This document shows positions 5,982 to 12,246 of a DNA stretch of 12,246 nt, one piece after another. Every line of letters begins with the position of its first letter. The first letter of the stretch is position 1. Both the position numbers and the translations under genes were made by a program. Where the stretch lies: the IMG/VR virus record IMGVR_UViG_3300040801_001888; one strand, written 5' to 3'. The notes below the pieces were generated by a model. It ran no database searches. It was not told the origin of the DNA and saw only the letters and a list, made by a program, of their open reading frames with translations. The stretch comes from a virus. Its lineage: Duplodnaviria > Heunggongvirae > Uroviricota > Caudoviricetes.

Positions 5982-7472
5982 ATGTCCGACTCCACCAACA
6001 ATCCGACGTGGCTACGGGGCGAAGCCCTCGATCGTTACATAGCCACAGGGCACGACCCCCTCGATGGCTACGCAAAGTCAGGCGGGAATTCAGGACGCGG
6101 ATTTGACCTGGTCGACTCACGCGGTCGCCCGCTGGTCATCGAGAAGGCGAACGGCGAGTGGAACGGTCCGTTCTTCGGCGCGGGCGAGAACGGAAATCTG
6201 TTCGAACTCGGACCGCTTGAACATCCCTTCCAACGCAATCTGCGGATCGGCGGGCAGGACGGCAACGCTGCCGCCTACGCATCCATCGCTGCCTATGCGC
6301 AGACGATGGCGACGATGGGCATGTACCACTACCGTCAGCTCGATAACGGCGGACGGGAGATGATCACCACGTCGGCGCTGTCGCGGATCTTGCGCTACCC
6401 GAACTGGTATCAGCATCTCAGCGACTTCATGCTGAACTTCGTCTTTGCGCTGATGACCACGGGCAACGCCTATGGGGTCGTGTTCCGCAACGACCGCAAC
6501 GAAGTCGACTCGATCCATTTGGTCCCCAGCACCAGCACGACGCCTTACGTCGAGACCGAGACGCAGTCGGTCTTCTACGGGATCGGGCCTAATCCGATGC
6601 TGCAGACCCCGATGATGCTGGTCCCGGCTCGCGACGTGCTGCATGTGAGGCTGTTTACCCCGCAGCACCCTCTGATCGGGGTCTCTCCGATCCGGTACGC
6701 GGCTTCTGCGATGTCGATCAACAACGCGATCTCGGGCAACCAGGCCGCGTTCTTCTCGAACATGTCGCGCCCGTCGGGCGTTCTCTCGACTGACGAGAAG
6801 CTGAACAAGGAGCAGATGGACGCGTTGCGCGCCGCGTGGGAGGCTCGGAGTAAGGGCATCAACGCGGGCTCGGTGCCGATCCTCTCTTGGGGTCTCAAGT
6901 GGCAGCAGATGACGATCACTTCCGAGGACGCCCAGCTGATCGAGGCGTACCGGATGTCTACCGAGGATATTGCTCGGGTATTCCGTGTGCCGCTCGCCCT
7001 GATCGGCGACTACACCAAGGCGACCTACAACAACACCGAAACCATGATCAACGCGTGGCTCTCCACCGGGCTGGGCTTCCTCATGGAGCACGTCGAGCGC
7101 AGCTTCGAGCAGTTCTTCAAGCTGCCCCCAGACCAAGGGGTCAACTTCGACGAGACCGTGTTGCTACGGACCGACTTCGACACGCGCATCAACGGTCTGA
7201 CCAAGGCGGTCGCCGGCGGCGTCTACTCGCCCAACGAAGCCCGGGCACGCGAGAACCTGCCAGCGGTCGAGTACGGCGATGAGCCGCGCGTTCAGGCGCA
7301 GAATCTTCCCCTGTCCGCTGTCGGGACGATGCCAGAGACGCCTGCTACGCCTGCCACGCCCGCCACGCCGGGCGACCAGCCGCCTACCGATCCGGCGACC
7401 CCGGCGGACGAGCAGGCGAGCATAGGCGAGGCTCACGACGTCATTTTGAAAAGCATGGGGATTGCGGCATAA
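5982..7472 (+). CDS. Portal protein, HK97 family
   Basis: 496 aa; ILRYPNWYQ, MTTGNAY, DVLHVR....HPLIGVSPI, FFSNMSRPSGVL, IARVFRVP..LIG, TYNNTE, GVYSPNEAR..ENLP..EYGD motifs. Exact start uncertain. Confidence 0.96.
   Translation: MSDSTNNPTWLRGEALDRYIATGHDPLDGYAKSGGNSGRGFDLVDSRGRPLVIEKANGEWNGPFFGAGENGNLFELGPLEHPFQRNLRIGGQDGNAAAYASIAAYAQTMATMGMYHYRQLDNGGREMITTSALSRILRYPNWYQHLSDFMLNFVFALMTTGNAYGVVFRNDRNEVDSIHLVPSTSTTPYVETETQSVFYGIGPNPMLQTPMMLVPARDVLHVRLFTPQHPLIGVSPIRYAASAMSINNAISGNQAAFFSNMSRPSGVLSTDEKLNKEQMDALRAAWEARSKGINAGSVPILSWGLKWQQMTITSEDAQLIEAYRMSTEDIARVFRVPLALIGDYTKATYNNTETMINAWLSTGLGFLMEHVERSFEQFFKLPPDQGVNFDETVLLRTDFDTRINGLTKAVAGGVYSPNEARARENLPAVEYGDEPRVQAQNLPLSAVGTMPETPATPATPATPGDQPPTDPATPADEQASIGEAHDVILKSMGIAA
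7338..7370 (+). repeat. 9-bp tandem coding repeat (Thr-Pro-Ala x3 plus TP) in the portal C-terminal tail
   Basis: ACGCCTGCT ACGCCTGCC ACGCCCGCC ACGCCG. Confidence 0.8.
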
Positions 7473-7473
7473 T
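7446..7473 (+). promoter_or_regulatory. Sigma70-type promoter (TTGAAA-N16-CATAAT) in the portal 3' end, expected start near 7480
   Basis: -35 at 7446-7451, -10 at 7468-7473 (5/6 each); the -10 includes the portal stop codon. Confidence 0.55.
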
Positions 7474-7480
7474 GAATGCC

Positions 7481-7570
7481 GCACTGGGTAGGGTAGCTCC
7501 CGAACAAGCGGTTTACCGTGCCGCTTTCCCAGTGCCCCCCTTCCACGGTGCGATCAGTAACGGTGCTGAT
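7481..7570 (+). ncRNA. Structured cis-regulatory RNA leader (three-way junction plus pseudoknot or kissing loop)
   Basis: GCACTGGG 7481-7488 / CCCAGTGC 7528-7535; GGG-TAGCT-CCC 7491-7501; AAGCGG 7506-7511 / CCGCTT 7521-7526 with loop TTTACCGTG complementary to CACGGTG 7544-7550; ATCAG 7553-7557 / CTGAT 7566-7570 abutting ATG 7571. Confidence 0.6.
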
Positions 7571-9097
7571 ATGAAACGTCTTGATCTTACCGGACAGCGG
7601 TTCGGGCGCCTTGTCGCTGAGTCTATTGCTGGGCCTGAGTGGCTATGCCGATGTGATTGCGGCGGGCAAACGCTGGCTCGCGCCGGGCACCTTCGGCACG
7701 GCAACGTCACGTCATGTGGATGCTCGCGCGATTTTGATAGTGACATTATCGGGAAGCGTTTCGGACTGCTGACGGTCACGGGAAGAGACTCAAAGGGCTA
7801 CGTGGCTCAGTGCGACTGCGGGAACACTACGCACGTTACGCGACGATCTCATCTGACCGGTGGCGGTGTTCGATCCTGCGGGTGCATCCGAGGACAGAGC
7901 CGGATACGCGACATTACGGGGCAACGATTCGGTAAGCTGATCGCGCGCTCGCGCACGCATGAAGGCGAGTGGGTGTGCGAATGTGACTGTGGCGGGACGA
8001 CGACGGTCCGGACAGACCACCTGACCGGCGGGCGCACCGTGTCGTGCGGGTGCCAGAGGGTGGAGTCTAAGCGAGTCAATACCGAGGTAAATGCCGTTGG
8101 AGAAACCTTCGGCAAGCTCACCGTCACGGAAGTCTCGTGGCGCGAAGATAGATGGCACAGCGTCGCGTGGGCCAATGGAACGTGTGAATGCGGAAACACG
8201 TTCGAGTCGCGTCTAGCTGATCTCAAGAATGGCACGACCCGTACCTGCGGGTGTGGTACGCACGTCTCCGGGATAGAAGAGGAGTTCGTCAGCTTTCTGC
8301 AGGATCTCGCGCCAGTGCGTCCGCAGTACCGTATCGGACGAAGAGTCTTCGATGCCGCGTTACCGGATAGGAACCTGTTGTTCGAATTCAACGGGGTTTA
8401 CTGGCACAGTTACCCCAGAACAAAGCGCGCGGCTCATGCTGACAAGAGGCGCGCTGCCGAAGACCTCGGGTTTCGCGTCATCTACGTATGGGAGGATCAA
8501 TGGCTTTACCGGACCCAGCAAGTCAAAGACTACCTGGAGCGCGTGCTGCTAGGGGCGAAGCGCAAAATAGGCGCACGGCAACTGATACCACACGACGTCC
8601 CACGTACCGACGCGGTGGCATTTCACGAGCAGTTCCATCTGCAGGGCTTCAAGAACACGATCTCCACGCTGCACTTCGGGCTGAGTTCGAAGCAAGGCGA
8701 ATTGCAAGCCGTGGCTAGCTTCTCACCTGACGGGACGCTGCACCGGTACACCGTTCGCTCGGGGGTATCCGTAGCCGGCGGGCTACCGCGAATGGTGAAA
8801 GCGTTTAGCGCGGCCACGCCGACTGCCAGCAAAGTCATCACGTTCTGCGATCGTGACCACTTCTCCGGCGGTGTCTACGAGCAAGCGGGCTTCCAGAAAA
8901 CGGGGCATTCACTGACAATGAGCTACGTGCAAAGACGCCGCAGACTTCGCCGTGAGCATTTCCAGAAGCACAAGCTCCCCGGTATTTTCAACGATGTCGA
9001 TATGTCACAGAGAGAGATCGACATCTGCGCGGCGAACAGCATCTACGCGTGCTGGAATTCGGGCGTGGACCGCTACGAACTGAGTCTCCGAACATGA
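7571..9097 (+). CDS. Hef-like putative homing endonuclease: four Cys4 Zn-binding repeats, Vsr/DUF559-like nuclease, C-terminal Mom-like GNAT-type domain
   Basis: 508 aa from ATG 7571 (541 aa from ATG 7472, which overlaps the portal stop). Four D(L/I)xGxxFGxL...CxC...(S/T)CGC repeats (7571-8254); SxxE...FD...FEFNGVYWH...GFRVIYVWEDQW nuclease motif (8267-8503); FHLQG..HFGL..ELQAVASF..LHRY..GG..VITFCDR..GGVYEQAGF tail. Confidence 0.8.
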   Translation: MKRLDLTGQRFGRLVAESIAGPEWLCRCDCGGQTLARAGHLRHGNVTSCGCSRDFDSDIIGKRFGLLTVTGRDSKGYVAQCDCGNTTHVTRRSHLTGGGVRSCGCIRGQSRIRDITGQRFGKLIARSRTHEGEWVCECDCGGTTTVRTDHLTGGRTVSCGCQRVESKRVNTEVNAVGETFGKLTVTEVSWREDRWHSVAWANGTCECGNTFESRLADLKNGTTRTCGCGTHVSGIEEEFVSFLQDLAPVRPQYRIGRRVFDAALPDRNLLFEFNGVYWHSYPRTKRAAHADKRRAAEDLGFRVIYVWEDQWLYRTQQVKDYLERVLLGAKRKIGARQLIPHDVPRTDAVAFHEQFHLQGFKNTISTLHFGLSSKQGELQAVASFSPDGTLHRYTVRSGVSVAGGLPRMVKAFSAATPTASKVITFCDRDHFSGGVYEQAGFQKTGHSLTMSYVQRRRRLRREHFQKHKLPGIFNDVDMSQREIDICAANSIYACWNSGVDRYELSLRT

Positions 9098-12000
9098 ACG
9101 TCACTGAATTCACTCCGCGTCACGTCGCCGAGGCGACCGGGCGCATCATCAAGCAGCAGCGCGAAGAGATCGGTGTCGAGCTGACGCGTCTGGAGAACGG
9201 ACTCAACGACCTCTCGGATGCCATCGTCTCGACAGACAAGGCGATCCGCGATGACGCCAAGGCAACCTACGCCAACCTGCAGAATGGTCTTGGCGAGCTG
9301 AAGCACCGGATCGACCTACTCGATCAGCAGGTCAAGGCAGCTCCGCGTGAGGATCTCGGACCGCTGCGCGAGTCCATTGCGGAGCTGCGGGCGCACGTCA
9401 AGCTGGTCGAGAAGATGACCGGTCCGCGTGGCGCGAAGGGAGACCCTGGACAGCGTGGTCCGGAAGGCGCGCGCGGGCAGAACGGCAAAGACGCGAACCC
9501 GAAGGACGTTGCGAAGGTGCTCGCCACCGAGCACCGCGACATTCTCCGGGGCGAAAAAGGCGACCCAGGCGTCCAAGGACCAGCTGGTCGCGATGGCGCC
9601 GATGGCAAAGACGCCACGCCCATCGACCCGTCGCACGTCGCCAAGGCGCTTGTCAGTGAGCACCGGGACATCCTCCGGGGCGAGAAAGGCGATCCAGGCG
9701 TTCAAGGTCCAGCGGGGCGCCCTGGCGCCGACGGCAAAGACGCCCTACCAGTTGATCCGAAGCACGTCGCCAAGGCGCTCGCCGAAGAGCACCGCGACGC
9801 CCTGCGCGGCGAGAAGGGTGACACTGGTCCCGCCGGTCCCCCCGGACAGGGTCTCGTCGGTGCGCAAGGCGACCCGGGCCCGGCGGGACCGCCCGGGCGG
9901 GACGCTGATCCGGAAGAAGTCGCACGCAAGATGGCGGAACGCTACGCGTACCTGCTCACAGGCGAGAAGGGCGCGAAGGGCGAACGTGGCGAGAAGGGCG
10001 AACGTGGCGAAGCGGCGTCCCCGCAAGCGGTCGCGCGCGAATTGGTCCTCGATCACCGTGACCTGCTCAAAGGCGAGCGTGGCGAGCCCGGCAAGCGCGG
10101 CGAGAAGGGCGAGCCAGGTCCGCGCGGTCCGGATGGGGCGCCCGCCGATCCAGCGGTTGTTGCGAACATCCTGGTCGAGAAGTACGCCGAGATCATCTCG
10201 GGCAAGCGGGGCGAGAAAGGCGACCCAGGACCCACGGGTCCGATCGGCCCGAAAGGCGCGGACGGCTTCGCCATCGGAGCCAACGCGCCGTTCTGGGAGC
10301 GCGGCGCCATCTACGTTGAAGGCGACGTCGTCCAGTACGGCATGGGCAAGCTTGCCCGCTGCATTAAGCGGACGAACACCAACCCGCGCAACCGCACCGA
10401 CTGGGAGCGCATTGGCGCGGTCGGGCTGGACTACCGGGGCTATGTCAAGGCGGAAGATACAAGCACGCTCGAGAACGGCGACTTCTTCACGCAGGACAAC
10501 TCGATCTTTCTGAAGTACGGCGACAAGGTGAAGCTCGTCGTGAAGCGTCCGAAGCCGGGCGACCCCGGGCGGGACGGGCGCGACGGCAAGGACGGCGCGG
10601 ATGGACCGACCCCTCTCGCGGTTGCCGTGAAGGACGGCAAGCTGGTGTCGCTATGGAGCGACGGCAACGAGATTGAGTTCACCGGGTTTGAGGACGCGCT
10701 GGAGCGCAAGGTCAAGTTCTTCATGGAGCAGTCCGAAGAGGACCGTTTGCGCCAGATCGAGATCGAGCGCGGCATTCCGCTGCGCGCTTTCAAGGGTTCG
10801 CACAACCGCACGATCGCCTACACCAAGGGCGACATCGTCAGCGCATCGAAGAAGCAGTACATCGCGATCAACAACGTGCCGGCTGACCGCAGCATCAACC
10901 CGCAGGACTGGTCGGAGTTCAGTGGTGGCGGTGGCGGTGGCGGCATGGCGTCTTCCTCCGCGTCTCTCGGAACGGCGGGCTGGTATAACGAGCGCAAGGT
11001 CTACAAGCCGGGCGACTACACGACAAACTACGATCCGAGTCGCCCTACCACGTTCACCACGATGTGGCAGAACCAGACTGGCGCCAGCATCGGGCCTGAG
11101 CCATGGGATGTATCCCAATGGACCCCGATCAGCTCCAGCTACTACTCGGCGTGGGGACAAGAGTTCACCAACACCGGTCTGGTATCCGGCGGGCAGATCA
11201 CCGTCACGGGCGCGACCCAGCTCACGGTAGCCCCGGGGCAGGCGCTGTTCGTGGACTCGTTCAATTCCAGCAACGTCACGTCGAACCTCGTCGAATGGAC
11301 CGACCCGATCGTCGTCGACATCCCGGACATCGTCACGGACCACTTCTATTACCTGTACATGATCAGTACAGGGGAGATTCGCCACTACACGAATCAACCG
11401 AACACCGCGACCAACCGTTTCCAGGTCTTTCTGGGCACCGTAGCGGTGGACCCGGACAGACCGTTCCAGATCGGTGATCTGTTGAACTGGCCCTATCTGG
11501 CGCAGGAAACAGCATCCAGCTTCCACGATGTCCAGCAGTTGTTCTTCAAACCGCAGGTTGTCTCTGGTGGTGCGATCTCACCCGTAGACGGCGCGTTGCA
11601 GGTCAACATGGCGCCAGCGCGGCTGTACGCCCGTGGATGCAACTTCTACAACAACCCGGCGCAGCCGAACGAAAAGACTTCGGCGGGTTTCTCGCCGCTG
11701 GAGTTTGAGTACGTCATGGACGGGGCCACGGTATCCAGCCCGCCGTTGTCCGATTTCGACTCCGCGCAGTACAACACCATCATGAGCGGCGGGCTTCAAC
11801 CGGTCGATCCAGGCAAAGCGCAGATACAGCTGATCTACTTCTCGCTTGCGGTGGAGAAGTTCTACGTCATCTACGGGCAAGAACTGTATGACACGCTAGA
11901 CCAAGCGATCAACCAGATCCCCAACTATTCCGCGTCTGTCATTTTGCCGAGAGCATTGACAGAGAACGGGCTGTTCGTTGGCTACGTGGTCATGGTTGCG

Positions 12001-12246
12001 AATGCGACCAATCTCGCGGATAAGACCACGTCGCTTGTGCGCAGTGCAGCGGGTTCGCAGGCGCAAGGCGCGGGGCAGGTCGTTGAGGAACTCGACGGTC
12101 TGACTGACGTGACCTTGTTCGACCGTCGACAAGGGCAGACGCTGGTCTTCGACCAGGCGGCGGGCAACTGGACCAACCAGACCCCTAGCAACCTTGGCGT
12201 CTGGATAACACAAGCCAGTCACGGGCTTAGCGCCGGGCAGGCAGTG
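9094..12246 (+). CDS. Large collagen-like virion fibre or decoration protein, partial (1051 codons, open at window end; not in ORF track)
   Basis: ATGA overlap with the endonuclease stop; I translated it with no stop to 12246. N-terminal coiled coil, eight Gly-X-Y blocks, three W/F-x-Y-xx-GD aromatic modules, Gly7 linker, duplicated VSGGxI motif, and LDGLTDV..GQTLVF...WTN fibre motif. Confidence 0.92.
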   Translation, partial: MNVTEFTPRHVAEATGRIIKQQREEIGVELTRLENGLNDLSDAIVSTDKAIRDDAKATYANLQNGLGELKHRIDLLDQQVKAAPREDLGPLRESIAELRAHVKLVEKMTGPRGAKGDPGQRGPEGARGQNGKDANPKDVAKVLATEHRDILRGEKGDPGVQGPAGRDGADGKDATPIDPSHVAKALVSEHRDILRGEKGDPGVQGPAGRPGADGKDALPVDPKHVAKALAEEHRDALRGEKGDTGPAGPPGQGLVGAQGDPGPAGPPGRDADPEEVARKMAERYAYLLTGEKGAKGERGEKGERGEAASPQAVARELVLDHRDLLKGERGEPGKRGEKGEPGPRGPDGAPADPAVVANILVEKYAEIISGKRGEKGDPGPTGPIGPKGADGFAIGANAPFWERGAIYVEGDVVQYGMGKLARCIKRTNTNPRNRTDWERIGAVGLDYRGYVKAEDTSTLENGDFFTQDNSIFLKYGDKVKLVVKRPKPGDPGRDGRDGKDGADGPTPLAVAVKDGKLVSLWSDGNEIEFTGFEDALERKVKFFMEQSEEDRLRQIEIERGIPLRAFKGSHNRTIAYTKGDIVSASKKQYIAINNVPADRSINPQDWSEFSGGGGGGGMASSSASLGTAGWYNERKVYKPGDYTTNYDPSRPTTFTTMWQNQTGASIGPEPWDVSQWTPISSSYYSAWGQEFTNTGLVSGGQITVTGATQLTVAPGQALFVDSFNSSNVTSNLVEWTDPIVVDIPDIVTDHFYYLYMISTGEIRHYTNQPNTATNRFQVFLGTVAVDPDRPFQIGDLLNWPYLAQETASSFHDVQQLFFKPQVVSGGAISPVDGALQVNMAPARLYARGCNFYNNPAQPNEKTSAGFSPLEFEYVMDGATVSSPPLSDFDSAQYNTIMSGGLQPVDPGKAQIQLIYFSLAVEKFYVIYGQELYDTLDQAINQIPNYSASVILPRALTENGLFVGYVVMVANATNLADKTTSLVRSAAGSQAQGAGQVVEELDGLTDVTLFDRRQGQTLVFDQAAGNWTNQTPSNLGVWITQASHGLSAGQAV
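9532..9822 (+). repeat. 129-bp (43-aa) period coding repeat in the collagen region
   Basis: HRDxLRGEKGD anchors begin at 9532, 9661 and 9790; the first two units differ mostly at third codon positions. Confidence 0.9.

Larger units (their letters stand above)
7472..9098 (+). mobile_element. Probable freestanding homing-endonuclease insertion (leader RNA plus ORF)
   Basis: Non-structural nuclease gene inside a structural operon, bounded by a 5-bp direct repeat ATGAA (7472-7476, 9094-9098); removing one interval restores a portal-TAATG-fibre gene coupling. Confidence 0.5.

Noticed and set aside
6117-7136. 339-aa minus-strand ORF
   Set aside because: Antisense shadow of the portal gene; long stop-free antisense frames are common with strong GC3 bias; no motif or RBS.
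9428-10513. 361-aa + strand ORF in the track
   Set aside because: Alternate frame of the real collagen-like gene starting at 9094; Arg/Ala/Pro-rich junk expected from GC-rich Gly-X-Y codons.
10651-11526. 291-aa minus-strand ORF and other long shadow ORFs (10673..11230, 3930..4445, 7849..8391)
   Set aside because: Fully overlap well-supported genes and have no recognisable motifs.
1-12246. CRISPR array, rRNA, tRNA, transposase or integrase
   Set aside because: None seen; all repeats found are coding repeats or short regulatory-scale elements.

Overview
GC-rich tailed-phage (or prophage) DNA-packaging and head module of the HK97 type, almost entirely on the + strand. Order: terminase small subunit, 72-aa ORF, terminase large subunit, then a ~560-bp inserted control region (leftward C4 zinc-finger gene, sigma70-like promoter, structured RNA ending in an intrinsic terminator, two tiny translationally coupled ORFs), prohead protease, major capsid protein, 91-aa ORF, portal, a freestanding homing-endonuclease-like gene with its own promoter and structured RNA leader, and a >1051-aa collagen-like/fibre protein that starts at 9094 and runs off the window (absent from the supplied ORF track). 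The most unusual signals are the two non-coding elements (about 2997-3212 and 7481-7570). Each follows a sigma70-like promoter, each ends in a hairpin directly abutting an ATG, and they share a 15/17-nt motif and part of their predicted topology, which suggests a family of phage RNA switches. All protein calls are from motif recognition by eye and all RNA structures are hand-paired; no database search or folding program was run, so novelty is unverified. The host cannot be determined from this window.
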